Below are positions 1-13,661 of a stretch of DNA of 64,000 bases, one piece after another. Position 1 is the stretch's first letter. Each line of letters starts with the position of its first letter. The DNA lies in assembly GCF_006345805.1 (NCBI RefSeq), contig NC_042998.1, positions 20,088,001 through 20,152,000 on the forward strand. Reading direction: 5' to 3'. The stretch comes from Octopus sinensis. Lineage: Eukaryota. The position numbers and the translations under genes are program-made. A model generated the notes under the pieces. It made no database searches and was not told the origin of the DNA. It saw nothing but the letters and a program-made list of their open reading frames with translations.

Positions 1-424
1 AAGTTTGTATTGTTGTTTACCTGAATTATGAGATAATTGTAATTATTTGTGTACCTGTGATCATGTACGTAGATTAATACGTTATTTAATCGAAAATGCT
101 ATTATAATGTTTTTAGTGTCATTACGAATATGTTTAGATAAATAAAGATTAGTGTGAAATACAAGATTAATGTAAAAATATTTTTTTAAATGCGTAGGAA
201 GAAAAAAGATATTGATTTAACCTGACGCTATAATGCGAGTGGAATCGCCAATAATATGTAATGTGTATATGTGTATATATGGGTGTATGAACATGAAATT
301 GAATATGTATATGTAAGTAGGTCTCTAAAGAATATTGGGATGTTTATGTGTAAATGCATATACGCCGATTAATGTGTGTCTGTCTGTCCGTCTGTCTCTC
401 TGTCTGTGTGTCTGTGTGTCTCTC

Positions 425-835
425 TTTACTCTTTTACTCTTTTACTTGTTTCAGTCATTTGACTGCGACCATGCTGGAGCACCGCCTTTAATCGAGCAAC
501 TCGACCCCGGCACTTATTCTTTGTAAGCCCAGTACTTATTCTATCGGTCTCTTTTTGCCGAACCGCTAAGTGACGGGGACATAAACACACCAGCATCGGT
601 TGTCAAGCAATGCTAGGGGGACAAATACGGACACACAAACACACACACATACATATATATATACATATATACGACGGGCTTCTTTCAGTTTCCGTCTACC
701 AAATCCACTCACAAGGCTTTGGTCGGCCCGAGGCTATAGTAGAAGACACTTGCCCAAGGTGCCATGCAGTGGGACTGAACCCGGAACCATGTGGTTGGTA
801 AACAAGCTACTTACCACACAGCCACTCCTGCGCCT
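425..835 (-). mobile_element. SINE family A (tRNA head, CORE-like body, (GAGTAAAA)n tail), full-length copy
   Basis: Minus strand starts AGGCGCAGGAGTGGCTGTGTGG (A box) then GGTTCAGTCCC (B box) and GCACCTTGGGCAAGTG. Near-identical copies occur throughout the window. Resembles octopus OR-type CORE-SINEs (recognition from memory). Confidence 0.9.
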
Positions 836-1149
836 ATATCTCTGTCTATCTCTGCTTACATTCTTTATTCTTGTACGTGTTACAGTCATTTGACTAAGGC
901 CATGCTGGAGCATTGCCTTGTAGTGATTTACTCGAACGAAATATTCGAGGACCGATTTTTAAAGCCTATTACTTTTTTCTTTCGGTTTGTTACGAGGGCG
1001 TAAGCACACCATTACCGGTTCCCAAGCTGTGTAGGAGGGGGTCGGAAACAAACATAGACACAAGATCTCCCATACACAGACATATATACGTATATGTGTG
1101 CTTGTGTGCGTATGTGTCTGTGTGTGTACGCGCGTTTTAATTTAGTTGA

Positions 1150-1800
1150 TTTAGGGTTGGATGGGATGACACTAGGAAGAGAGAGCTTCCTGGGGAGTCC
1201 ACTGTCAACACATAGGATATTGTTCTCATCATGTTTTAACACTAAGTTAAGTTATCTATTTTTATAGCTGCTGTTTAAAAGTGCTGCCTGAGAGAGGCTC
1301 TGTGACATTCGAAGGCTTTCTGCACTAATCCCATGACTTTGCGCTCTTTATCTCTTCTTAAGTAGAGCCTGTCGATATCATTATTTCTTATTTCTTTATT
1401 GCCCACAAGGGGCTAAACATAGAGGGGACAAACAAGGACAGACAAACAGATTAAGTCGATTACATCGACCCCAGTGTGTAACCGGTACTTATTTAATCGA
1501 CCTCGAAAGGATGAAAGGCAAAGTCGACCTCGGCGGAATTTGAACTCAGAACGTAGCGGCAGACGAAATACCGCTAAGCATCTCGCCCGGCGTGATAACG
1601 ATTCTGCTAGCTCGCCACCTGTCATTATTTCTGTGCAGATTTCCAGCTGATGTCAGTATCTTGCGGATTTTAACATCTATGGAGTGGATTTTTTCTACAG
1701 ACCAGTCAAGTATTCCAAATGCTGGAATCAGGACTGATACGGCAAATGCATTACGGAATTTTGCTTTGTAGTACGAGAAGAGTTTGGGTTACCATATTTT
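1150..1800 (-). mobile_element. R4/Dong-like LINE ORF fragment, split by a SINE B insertion
   Basis: Minus translation YKAKFRNAFAVSVLIPAFGILDWSVEKIHSIDVKIRKILTSAGNLHRNN/DIDRLYLRR matches the post-RT region of R4/Dong elements. The inserted SINE is flanked by the TSD TCATTATTTCT (1378-1388, 1622-1632). Confidence 0.8.
1389..1621 (-). mobile_element. SINE family B (tRNA head, MetaSINE-like central domain), monomer
   Basis: Minus strand carries GTTCAAATTCCGCCGAGGTCGACTTTGCCTTTCATCCTTTCGAGGTCGATTAAATAAGTACC, with an 11-bp TSD. Confidence 0.9.
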
Positions 1801-2032
1801 TCTCTGGTCTCTCTATTTTTATTCACAGTACTATCGAATTATACGTTCTCACCAGTGCTAAGATACTTGTAGCATCCTTTGTGTGAGACAGGAGAGATAG
1901 CGAAACCATTGATGCACAAATTTTGGATCTAGGGGACTGATTTTTCTTATTCAACAATCAAATATGAGCATTTCTTTTGACCAAATTCCATTTCTATGTC
2001 AATTGAAAAAAATGTAATTAATTCAAGCTTTT

Positions 2033-2439
2033 TTTACTCTTTTACTCTTTTACTTGTTTCAGTTATTTGAGTGCGGTCATGCTGGAGCACCGCCTTTAGA
2101 CGAGCAAATCGACCCTAGGACTTATTCTTTGTAAGCTTAGTACTTATTCTATCGGTCCATTTTGCCGAACCGCTAAGTTACGGGGGCGTAAACATACCAG
2201 CATCGGTTGTGAAGCTATGTTGGGGGAGCAAGCACAGACACACAAACACACACACACATATATGTACATATACATATATACGACGGGCTTCTTTCAGTTT
2301 CCGTCTACCAATTCCACTCACAAGGCTTTGGTCAGCCCGAGGCTATAGTAGAAGACACTTACCCAAGTTGCCACGCAGTGGAACTGAACCCAGAACCATG
2401 CGGTTAGTAAGCAAGCTACTTACCACTCAGCCACTCCTA
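2033..2439 (-). mobile_element. SINE family A
   Basis: Colinear with the 425-835 copy over about 400 bp. Confidence 0.9.
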
Positions 2440-3084
2440 TTTATTTATTTTTTTATTTTTTTTTGGCAGAGGGGTTGCATCGTTAACACTTTTAGCATAA
2501 ATTTTGTGGTCATCTACAAAGAAATTATAGGTTACATTCATATATCTAACAGTCGCAGACTCTAGCACTTAGCCATTTGAATTTTGTAGCAAGAACGATA
2601 GATTTAATGCCAAAATGACCAGCATTAGAGAAAAACTAATCTTTGAAATATTCCCTTTGAAATATTTATAACATCGGGGGCAATCGTTTTATTTTCACTT
2701 CTTAGTGTAAGAATTGGTTCTCAGGTCTATGCGAGCCTCTCAATGGCAACTTTTAATGTTACAGACACTTTTAACAAATGTGGGCACTTCAGCAGCCGTG
2801 GATGGTGAATATAACGAAATGTCTTACTATAATCAGGCCGCAGTGTTACAGGGCACCTACGACTGATTGATTGATTGATTCTAGTTTCAGCTTATGAGCT
2901 GTGGCCATGCTGGGGCACCGCCATTACGATGTTTTTTTTTTTTTTGGTTTCGTTTTGTTTTCTTTTTTTTTTCACTTCAGACAATACGGTTTTGTTTATC
3001 AAAAGCTGTTGGGTGTATACTCTCATTCCTTCCTTTCCAACGGAAGCCTCATTAGTCACAACGATCTTGTTGGAATTGGTTGAG

Positions 3085-3370
3085 GCATGTACGTATGTAC
3101 GTACGTATGTATGTATGTATGTATGTACGTATGTATATACATGTATGTATGTTTGTATGTATGTATGTATGTATGTATGTATGTATGTATGTATGCATGC
3201 ATGTATGTATGCATGCATGTATGTATGCATGTATGTATGCATGTATGTATGTGTGTATATATGTACGTACTACGTACGTACGTATGTATGTATGCATGCA
3301 TGTACGTATGTATGTGTGTATGCATGTATGTATGTACGTATGTATGTATGCATGTATGCATGTACGTATT

Positions 3371-3427
<57 letters not shown>

Positions 3428-3705
3428 ATTTACATGTATATATACACTCTACGAACACATACAGCAATCAGCCATCAGATATATGTTATATGGATAAAAT
3501 ACAGTCAGACGGACAGGCAGGCAGGCAGACGGACGGACTATCAGGCAGACAGACAGACGGACTGACGGACTGTCAGACAGACAGACGGACGGACTGATAG
3601 ACGGACAATCAGGTAGACAGACAGAAACGAGATACTGATAGAGAAAAATAGATGGAGAAAAGATACACACAGACAGACAGACAGGAATACAGACAGACGT
3701 AGAGA
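3085..3705. repeat. Compound microsatellite (ATGT)n/(AT)n followed by (GACA/GGAC)n
   Basis: Direct inspection. It explains the MYVC/HTYI ORFs. Confidence 0.95.
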
Positions 3706-5069
3706 TTGACAACCAGGCGGACGTTAAGACCAGCAGCCATATTTGCTGACGTTCCATTTAGGATAATGAGATATTATTGCACAGTCGATCGATGTTAATA
3801 GAATGCAGCTTCAAAGGAATATTTCCCCGTGTTATATCCTATAATACTAATGCTACCAAGATGTATATGATAAGTATACAGAATGCTATTTCTGCACACA
3901 CCCTACCATTAATTATACACACATTTCACAGACACATATACATATATTTTTCGATAATGTATTTGATGTATAGCAGTGTAGGAAGTGTCAGATGACATAT
4001 CTTAAAATATTATCAATTTTTTTTATTTATGTGTTTTTTTTTTCTTTTTTTTTCTTGTTTTTTTTTCTTTTTAGTAATGATGCATTTGCATCGTTTGATA
4101 GAGTAACATGGTAGAACACTGAAAGTCATTTTTTTTGACAGCCATGTTGAAATTTCACTGTTGACGTGGAATAAGTTTAATAAATACAGCGCTGACGCAG
4201 ACAGGAGACATCACACGCTGTCCATATTTGATTGGCAATGCAGATCGAGATGTTTAGAGGATTCTGGCTTGAGGCTGAATATTTTCAGACGATATGATAC
4301 CTACTAGACACTGTGAAGTGGACTATTGTAGAAAAATTGCCTTCCTCGGAAGCATAACGACACGCCAGCAGTATATTTCAAATCGTAGACACAAGCAGAT
4401 CGTTCGAAAACTTATTTAATCTAATATCATATATATAACGTTACCCGTACTCTTCCCGAAACAGCTGCTAAGTTTCCACTATATATCACAGCTTATTATC
4501 TTAAAAAGGGAAGGCAATGTTCGATAATGTAGTCTCATATACACTATGCATTAGAATAAAGATGGGAAGTAAACAGCTGAAAGGCATTTGATCATTGGTC
4601 TGCTCATATATAATAATTTCATTAATCTGTCCATTTAAATTTCCCCTCGTTTATCATGATTGATAAATTTTTGTAAGACTCTCACAGGCATAGCTCGTGT
4701 AAACCATACCTTGCACTGGTACTTACATTAATGTCTGATCATATCTTATCGATCTATATTTTACCGAGTGTCAAAGAAATCACTTCACAAAGCGGAATTT
4801 GGTCATAAATATAGATACACTATTTTCTGTATGCATTTGTGTGTAAGGAAATTTACATGTAATATGTCTGTATGCGTATGTGCGTTTTGTACACATATCT
4901 ATGTTAATGCACTTTTATTTAAGAGGCGCTTATCAAGCAAAAATAGAGATAGTCTCCACGGTATAATTTGTTATGTCTGTTAGTGTAGTTGTGTGTAAAC
5001 GTCGTAAATTGGCCAAATTGCTACGTTGGATAAAAGGTATTGCAATATTTAGTTACAGCTCTTTACCTT

Positions 5070-5072
5070 CTA

Positions 5073-5108
<36 letters not shown>

Positions 5109-5265
5109 TATATATGTGTATGTATGCATGTATGTATGTATGTATGTATGTATGTACGTATGCATATATATATATACATATGTGTGTATACATACAAACA
5201 TAAATACATATGGGGAGAATATCCATGCGTGTGTTTATGTATATTTATATATATATATATAATAT

Positions 5266-5296
<31 letters not shown>

Positions 5297-5633
5297 GTAT
5301 TTATGTATATATATATATGTATATATATATGTATATATATATATGTATGTATTTATGTATATATATATATGTATGTATTTATGTATATATATATATGTAT
5401 GTATTTATGTATATATATATATATGTATGTATTTATGTATATATATATATATATATATGTATGTATTTATGTATATATATATATATATATATTGTATGTA
5501 TTTATGTATATATATATATATATGTATCTATTTATGTATATATATATATGTATGTATTTATGTATATTATATATATGTATGTATTATGTATATATAATAT
5601 ATATATATATATGTATGTATTTATGTATATTAT

Positions 5634-5677
<44 letters not shown>

Positions 5678-5705
5678 TATATGTACGTACGTACGTATGT
5701 TTTTA
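5070..5705. repeat. Long (AT)n/(ATGT)n compound microsatellite with a higher-order GTATGTATTTATGTATATAT unit
   Basis: Direct inspection. Confidence 0.95.
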
Positions 5706-6044
5706 TGTAGGTTTGTTGATGTAAATAGGAAAACAGAAGTCAAAACATGTGTATATAAGTATATGTCTATTTATTTTTTATTACTAATAATCGATAGAAA
5801 TTACAGAGTCACTCAAGGTCCGAGAGTTTCGTGCACATTGCCACATAGTAAACAGGTTTTCAAATAATTGGGATTGTATTTATATACCGGTCAAATAAGA
5901 ACAATTCCCTGGTCACGTGGATAATACATATTTTTCAAATGGCTTTCCTGTTAAGCGTTTCAATAATAAATAAACAAATAAATAAATTAGGATATACACG
6001 TACATACATACATGCCTACATACATACATACATACATACACGAT

Positions 6045-6850
6045 TGTAGTAGTAAATGGAATGTAAAAGTGAGTAAAACGTGTTTATTAACTGACTGATA
6101 TTGGTCCTCCACAATTCATCACTGATTTCGGAGCAGGCTATCCATCAGCGTCAGAAACCTACAACATTTTTAACAGAAATGACACCATTGATGAGATCAA
6201 TGAAGTAGATCTTATCTCCACGCTGCTGGAGATAAGATCAACTCTGACCATTGACGGGAATCGCCAGCGAGCAAATAAGTTGATTCACGCGGACAAACAT
6301 GTCTGTGCCCAATAGTTCAGGTGCTGCTCAACTGAGCAGCATTACAAAAGATGGTGGAAGATCAGAAAGTGTATACAAATTGGGTACCTCGACATGCAGT
6401 TTGAAAGAGAAGGGTGGAAGTACACGCTGATCTGGTGAAAGTAATTGCAACCAAAGACGGTTCTTTTTCCGATCCATTAATGTGTGACTGTGTCTTTGAT
6501 TGCAGAAAGGGAGATTCGTTCTATCAAATGGCTCCACACGGTCTGTCTAATGTCTAAGAATATCAAGAGGCAGTGTTGATAATGAAAGTCTTGCTGTCTG
6601 TTTTTAGAGATAGCGAAATCATTATTTTTCGCGATCTTGTGGCCGTACCATGAGCAGTGAGCGGCTCACTGAGATACCCTAAGATCTTAGATAAGCAATT
6701 AGAGGACAGAGACTGAAAGAATATGAAAACGATCTCCATTCACCACGCCAATGCGTAGCAATACACCTGTTTTGCAACAAATAATTTGATCGGTAGATAG
6801 CGCTTCGTTCGTGCAATGAATGGCAAGTTTAGAGGACAAATATTTATTAA
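6045..6850 (+). mobile_element. Degenerate mariner transposase remnant
   Basis: WVPR at 6381-6392, VLLSVFRD at about 6589-6612 (the KxMxxVFWD motif region), and a decayed HDNAxPH-like segment near 6735-6770. Many stops and frameshifts. Confidence 0.7.
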
Positions 6851-7439
6851 TACAGAAAGGGTGAAAATGACTCTTCAGAAGTGAGTATAATCATGCGCTT
6901 CTTAATTTCTTCATTGACGATTTTAGAGACGGGTTCGACGATGGTGCAATAGTATTCGTTGTGATAGAGATTATATTGGCGTACTCTCCAAAGGAAGATG
7001 TGTTACTCTTCTATTGGGAGCAGTTTTAATACTTTATGTCACTTAAGACTGTTATGCCCAGTTTAGCATTACTTTCGGAAGAACTGCCACGTATACTCAC
7101 GCACACACACACACATACACACATACATAACCCCAATACACACGAGTGCAAGTCAATAATTGTCCTCAATGCACTCATAAGTTTTGCCAACTGACGGAAA
7201 TAATAGTTGGGTGCGCATCATTGAACATAGTTTCCCGATTTTCATAACGATTCAGGCTTGAACTTCAAACATATTAATTTAGCGTTTTTATTAAATAAAC
7301 TATAACCACTCAGCTTTCTATTTTCGTAAAGTAAAAGCGGTTCATGCCATTAATTATCCGCAATATACTTAAAAATTAGTCACGGAAATTAATTGCAAGT
7401 TTATCTCTAAACGTGGTTTTCGTCTAGTAAATACAGCGA

Positions 7440-7690
7440 AGGTTTGTACGTAAAAGGCCGTATTTGCTATTATGTGAATCATGGCTATGTCTGCCGCAGA
7501 TTATATGATAGCCAGTATAATGACTATCTGTTCTATCAGTTGCCACTTCATCAATAATCATCCGCCTGCTTAATACTAATATATTACAAACTCATTCAAT
7601 GTTGTTATCAGCACATGATATGAGGGTGTCCAGCTCTTCTTGATGCGTGATACGTTTGTGAATAATTCTGAAATGTTCATTTTATTTGCA
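7440..7690 (-). mobile_element. Degenerate mariner N-terminal (HTH region) fragment
   Basis: Minus translation resembling ...DNNIE*VCNILVLSRRMIIDEVA (mariner ENIExVxxxxxxDRRxTIxEIA). Confidence 0.45.
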
Positions 7691-8342
7691 GGCAAGGCAA
7701 TCATATCGACGAATTGGCCCAATCGTTTGAGTATCAGATGAAACGCATCAAGGTATTTATTCCACTTACCTAGGTTCTGAGTTCAAATATTGCTGAGGTC
7801 AACTGCAATTTTCATCCTTCCGGAGTTGATAAATAAAGAACAAGTCTAGAGCAGTAAACTGGTAGTGCAACAAAAAGGGTATCTGTCAGTTTGTCTTTTT
7901 GTTGCCGTTACGTTGTGAGTTCAAATTCCGCCGAGGTCGACTTTGCCTTTCATCCTTTCGAGGTCGATAAATTAAGTACCAGTTACGAACTGGGGTCGAT
8001 GTAATCGACTTAATATCTATGTCTGTCCTTGTTTGTCACCCGTATGTTTAGCCCCTTGTGGGTAATAAAGAAATAGGTATTCTTCCTCACCTTGTCACTG
8101 GTTGCTGTGAGCGGAGTGCACTCGTTTACAAAACATGTAACTCAGGCTTTGTGTTTGAGGATGCCATTCCCTCTCCTTTCCACCACTTTCAGAATCCCTA
8201 TTATAGGTCATGCGCCCTGCTTCTCCAGCAGGGCTGAGCGACGAGAAAGACCATCTCACGCTGTGGAATTTCGTGGTTATTGGACCCTGAAACAGTTGCT
8301 TACAGATAACAAGTAGAGCAGATGGAAACTAAATGACCCTAG

Positions 8343-8758
8343 GGCGGTGAGCTGGCAGAAACTTTCGTACCCCAGCGCGAAATGCTTAGCGGTATTTCGT
8401 CTGCCGTTACGTTCTGAGTTTAAATTCGGCCGAGGTCGAGTTTGCCTTTCATCCTTTCGGGGTCGATAAATTAAGTACCAGTTACGCACTGGTATATATA
8501 TATAATCGACTTAATCCCTTTGTCTGTCCATGTTTTTCCTCTCTGTTTAGCCTCCTGTGGGTAGTAAAGAAATAGGTATTTCGTCTGCCGCTACGTTCTG
8601 AGTTCAAATTCCGCCGAGGTCGACTTTGCCATTCATCCTTTCGGGGTCGATTAAATAAGAACCAGTTACGCACTGGGGTCGATATAATCGACTTAATCCG
8701 TTTGTCTGTCCTTGTTTGTTCCCTCTGTGTGTAGCCCCTTGTGGGCAGCAAAGAAATA
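8343..8758 (+). mobile_element. SINE family B, dimeric (head plus two body units)
   Basis: The body unit restarts at GGTATTTCGTCTG. A 19-bp TSD GGAAACTAAAT(G/A)ACCCTAG lies at 8324-8342 and 8759-8777. Confidence 0.9.
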
Positions 8759-9916
8759 GGAAACTAAATAACCCTAGTTAACGTAATAAAGACAACATAA
8801 TTGGCGTTTCAAGTTCAAACCTGCATCTTGCGACTTTAAGCAAACTATGGATGCGAACATAGTTCTTCAGACGATCGATAAACATGGTAAATACATTTAT
8901 TTGTGTGTATTTCCGCGTGCTGATATCATACGCTTGGTGTGTATGTGTGTGTGCGTATTCAATAATTTTTTTTTCTATAAGAAGTAAAAGCATACTGCTC
9001 ATACATAATTGATAATTTTAACAGAGACAAAAAACACAAGAGCATCAGCATGTTTTAATCCGAACAGATTCAAATATATTATTAGAATACCTGAATAAAA
9101 CCATTATATGAAAAATTAGAAAAAATATATATACAAAAATACACACACTCCTAATAATTTTATGAATGTTGATTCCTACTTTAGAAATAAGAATAAAAAA
9201 ATTATCTTCACTAGAGAATAGAGCTGTTTCAAAACGCAGCGTACATTTTGAAAAAAATAATATAGTTTCATAAAAAAGCAAATTGCACGACGAAATAATA
9301 TATGAATAAATGATCACATTTATATATAAAATAAAGATCAAACAGAAATCAATATTCGAAAGAAAAATAGTCAGAAAATATAACATAAAAATATATTTCT
9401 GAATATAAAAAAACTAAAAGCAGTTTTTTTTAATAGTACTATTTATTATCTTTATCATTTTTCTTTTTGAAAATGACATACAGATACTGCAAAGGGAATT
9501 TAGGAATGTATTACTAAAAAGCAATATAAAAACAGGAATAGACAAAAATATTAAAGACATAGTATTTTTGATTTCTAACTGTGGTACATCCATAAATTTT
9601 GTAAGAGAGATTGGGTAATCGTCAGTTAAATGGACAGAAATATATGTCTGGTGTGTAGCTTATCGATTACGGATATTTAAAAACCAAACTGCATTTTTCT
9701 GTATGAACACACGTCTATTTCAATAAATCAACAATGGAAGTTCTTTCGGTGGTCTTCTTCGCCGAGATGTGTACACCACAGTTCACGAAAATAATAATAC
9801 TCGAAATGCTTGACTTCAGACTCCACTTAAGACAAAATTTCGAAAATATCAGGAGGACATATAAGAATCATGACTTAGGTGAGCCAGACTCCCTAAAAGC
9901 GTAGGAAACTAAAAGG

Positions 9917-10490
9917 ATAAACATAGAGGGAACAAATAAGGACAGACAAACGGATTAAGTCGATTACATCGACCTTAGTGCCTAGGTGGTACTTAATTTA
10001 TCGACCCCGAAAAGATGAAAGGCAAAGTCGACCTCGGCGGAATTTCAACTCAGAACGTAAAGACAGACGAAATTCATATTTCTTTACTACCCACAAGGGG
10101 CTAAACACAGACAGGACAAACAAGGACAGACAAACGGATTTAGTAGATTACATCGACTCCAGTGCATAATTGGTACTTAATTTATCGACCCCGAAAGGAT
10201 GAAAGGCAAAGTCGACCTCAGGAGAATTTCAACTCAGAACGCAAAGACAGACGAAATACCTATTTCTTTACTACCCACAAGGGGATAAACATAGAGAGGA
10301 CAAACAAGGACAGACAAACGGATTTAGTCGATTACATCGACCCCAGTGCTTAACTGGTATATAATTTATCGACCCCGAAAGGATGAAAGGCAAAGTCGAC
10401 CTCGGCGGAATTTGAACTCAGAACGTAACGGCAGACGTAATACCGCTAAGTATTTCGCCCGGCGTGCTAACGTTTCTGCCAGCTCGCTGC
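9917..10490 (-). mobile_element. SINE family B, three tandem body units
   Basis: Three units of about 180 bp, with the head at the right end. Confidence 0.9.
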
Positions 10491-10810
10491 CTGTTTTTTT
10501 ATACATCTGAGGAATCGGATCCGAAGTGTTGTAAGAAAAATCACTTCTAAAGTATATCTGTAGAAATAACCTTAACAAATTATGTAAAATGCACGGCTAA
10601 CACAGTGAAGCACGGTATTGACTTATAAAAAAGTTTAGCATACTTTATATTATATTATGGCTGCAGAATGAGATATTGCGTCCCTACATATCATTAATAC
10701 TAACAGGTCGATAGACTTGCTTGACGGGTGTTTTTGTTTTCGAGATTTCTACTGGTGTCCGCTCGTCCCGTAGCGCGGTTCCACTACCTTACATGCATAT
10801 ATCTATACAT

Positions 10811-11228
10811 AAGCGTAAGAGTGGCTGTGTGGTAAGTAGCTTGCTTACGAACCACATGGTTCCGGATTCAGTCCCACTGCGTGGCATCTTGGGCAAGTGT
10901 ATTCTACTATAGCCTCGGGCCGACTGAAGCCTTGTGAGTGGATTTGGTAGACGGAAACTGAAAGAAGCCCGTCGGATATATGTATATATATGCATATGTA
11001 TGTATGTGTGTGTATGTTTGTGTGTCTGTGTTTCTCCCCCAACATCGCTTGACAACCGATGCTGGTGTGTTTACGTCAGCCCAACTTAGCGGTTCGGCAA
11101 AAACAAACGATAGAATATGTACTAGGCTTAGAAAGAGTAAGTCCTGGGTACGATTTGCTTGACTAGAAGGTAGCGCTCCAGCATGACCGCAGTCAAATGA
11201 CTGAAACAAGTAAAAGAGTAAAAGAGTA
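10811..11228 (+). mobile_element. SINE family A
   Basis: Head GAGTGGCTGTGTGGTAAG through to the tail GTAAAAGAGTAAAAGAG. Confidence 0.9.
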
Positions 11229-11321
11229 TAATTGTATATTTGTTTGCTTGTGTATTTGTTGTTTGTATGTATGTATGTATGTATGTATGTATGTATGTAT
11301 GTATGTATGTATGTATGCATG

Positions 11322-11725
11322 TATATCCAGATGGGAAGGGTCTTCCTATGATGCTGACATGTTGTGTCTGTGCAAGACCCTGCCTCAGTAGAGCTGGACT
11401 CAAGTGTCATCTTCGTAGTCATAAAGCGAGACAGATGAGTGACAACCTGGCCACTGCTGGTGGTGCTACACACCATACTAATCATATCTGCCAGGCATGT
11501 AGAAGAGAGAGTAATTCGACAGGAGGTCTTAAACGACATGCAAAGGTACATGAAGCCCAATTACAACTACAGTCGGCTATTACCGGTAAAGGTTTTAGCT
11601 GCCAATTCTGTACAAGACTTTGTAGATCTTTAGCTGGGCTAAAAAGTCACATTCGATCGCAGCACCAATAACAGTTAAGCTTCGTGCAATGGCTATACTC
11701 GATAACGAGGAGGCAGCCATAATAC
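11322..11725 (+). mobile_element. 3' end of an RTE-like LINE encoding three C2H2 zinc fingers plus 3' UTR
   Basis: CCVCARPCLSRAGLKCHLRSH, CQACRRESNSTGGLKRHAKVH and CQFCTRLCRSLAGLKSHIRSQH, then a stop at 11671. The tail AAGCTTCGTGCAATGGCTATACTCGATAACGAGGAGGCAGCCA is shared with 32089-32133. Confidence 0.75.
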
Positions 11726-12143
11726 CCCTCTATGTGTGTGGGGGGGGGGCGTTTATGCGTGTGATATATATATTTACGATGGTTTCGTTGTGACTATTAT
11801 TGTGAGCGGTACAGTACAAGGTTGAAGCTTGCAACCTTTTGGAAATGGTGTCCCTATTTTCCTCTTATTGCAGAAACGTATTCAGGCAAGACGTTATTGA
11901 GATCATTCCTTCCAAATTATCCACGAGCCGGAGACAGTATAAAGCATTTATTTCTGCGTAGTCTCATATTTAATTAATTTTAATTAATTATATTTTCGCT
12001 GTTATAACTTCAGCTTTGTTATTTACCAGAATTATTCATTAACGTAATGATCGTTTTAATCAAACACGAAGTAAATTTAATTAATGCAAGTTTCTTTATG
12101 GTAATAGCTACATCTTCATTATCAAGTGAGAAAACCGATTTAC

Positions 12144-12281
12144 CTTATCAGCATACTAAACGGATGTATTAAGTATTTGGCATCCACCGGAACGAAGTTT
12201 CGTCCATCTATCCATCTTTTCTTCTCGATAATCCCGAGAGATTTCCGGGATGGAGTCCCTAGACACTTCTTCCAAAGTATC
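12144..12281 (-). CDS. Candidate internal exon (138 nt, phase 2-2): ILWKKCLGTPSRKSLGIIEKKRWIDGRNFVPVDAKYLIHPFSMLI
   Basis: Acceptor tttgcttgtgacag and donor AAG|gtaaat with an open frame. The YLIHPFS motif recalls the pre-S1 segment of HCN/CNG-like channels (inference only). Confidence 0.45.
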
Positions 12282-12392
12282 CTGTCACAAGCAAACCGAG
12301 TGCAGATATGAGCAGCATATGGGAACCGGTATTAAGGAAGGATAGAAAAATATTAGGTTTATAAGCCCTAAAATTCACTCCGTAATTGCCCA

Positions 12393-12477
12393 CGGACATA
12401 TGGCGTAGTGGTTAAGAATGTGGGCTACTAACCCCAAGATTCTGAGTTGGATTCCGAGCAGTGACCTGAACACTAAC

Positions 12478-12521
<44 letters not shown>

Positions 12522-12691
12522 TAATAACATGGAAAATATCTTAGGAATGAGAAGCCAAGTTTGAAATTTCCCCAAGAGGGTATATCAGCCGAAAGGTTGT
12601 GTTAACAACAAACAAGATGAGGACAAATATCCGTCAAATGTAAATAATGTAAATAATGTACATAATTCCTCATCTCTTAAATATAGAACTG
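12393..12691 (+). mobile_element. SINE family D (tRNA head, (AAT)n, Penelope-like tail), copy with the hammerhead core deleted
   Basis: A box TGGCGTAGTGG, B box GTTGGATTCC and (AAT)n. The tail is colinear with 24836-25135 but lacks CTGATGAAGGCTG. Confidence 0.8.
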
Positions 12692-13065
12692 CGTTATTAT
12701 AATTCCCAAGCGTGATCAACTGAAACTATGGATTTCATCCAACAATCTTCCTGGTTTACATCTAGGTCTCTGCCGGTTGACTTGGTTTGAAGAATCCGTC
12801 TTGCGATTCCTTCCTACTACATTTTAACCATATATTTGTAGTACCGCGGTTGTGACCTCTGAATGCGAAGAAGCAGCAGCTCGGCCAGGAGAGACGTACT
12901 CTTTCGGATATTAACCAACATTCATGGTCAGAGTCGAGGAGAGGCATGAAAACCAAACAAAGCAATTTTGGCTTCTTTGCCAATCTCTCTGAAAATTCCC
13001 TACAAATGTATAAATACATTTTAAAACAAAAAGCAATCCTTAACGGTGGTGGTGTGGTAGTTGGG

Positions 13066-13069
<4 letters not shown>

Positions 13070-13130
<61 letters not shown>

Positions 13131-13235
13131 GGATAGATGGATAGATGGATGGATGGATGGATGGACGGACGGACGGACGGACGGACAAATGGACGGATAA
13201 AAAGACAGACAGACAAACAAATGGAAGGATGGATA
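13070..13235. repeat. Graded tetranucleotide repeat (AGAT)n to (GGAT)n to (GGAC)n to (AGAC)n
   Basis: Direct inspection. Confidence 0.95.
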
Positions 13236-13601
13236 GAGTTAGATTTTGTCTCTTTGCATCTACATATGTACGTCTATCATGTAATGTTGTTGAGGATATA
13301 GGATGTTAGTGGCAGAAATGTTGGTGCTGGTGGTAGTAGTTGTGGTGGTGGTGGCAGTGGTGGCGTTAATGATGAGGTTTGTAAGAAGTAACGTGAAAAT
13401 TTTCAGTTGTTGTAAAGTTTAGTCGTAAGAAAGATTTCGTTTCATTAAAAACTACATGACCATATATATTATATCACAAAAGAAAAGCTGATCTCCACCT
13501 GTCTGTCAGTAAAAACATCGCTATAGATTGATGGAAGTAGGCGAGAGATCAAAAGGGGATATAACTGAGTGCCACAGCATATTTTGACGGGAATGGCATA
13601 C

Positions 13602-13661
<60 letters not shown>

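Noticed and set aside
7692-7752. Exon-like segment QGNHIDELAQSFEYQMKRIK with AG/GT ends
   Set aside because: It overlaps the decayed head of an old SINE B, and the donor is SINE-derived. Exonisation cannot be excluded but is unsupported.
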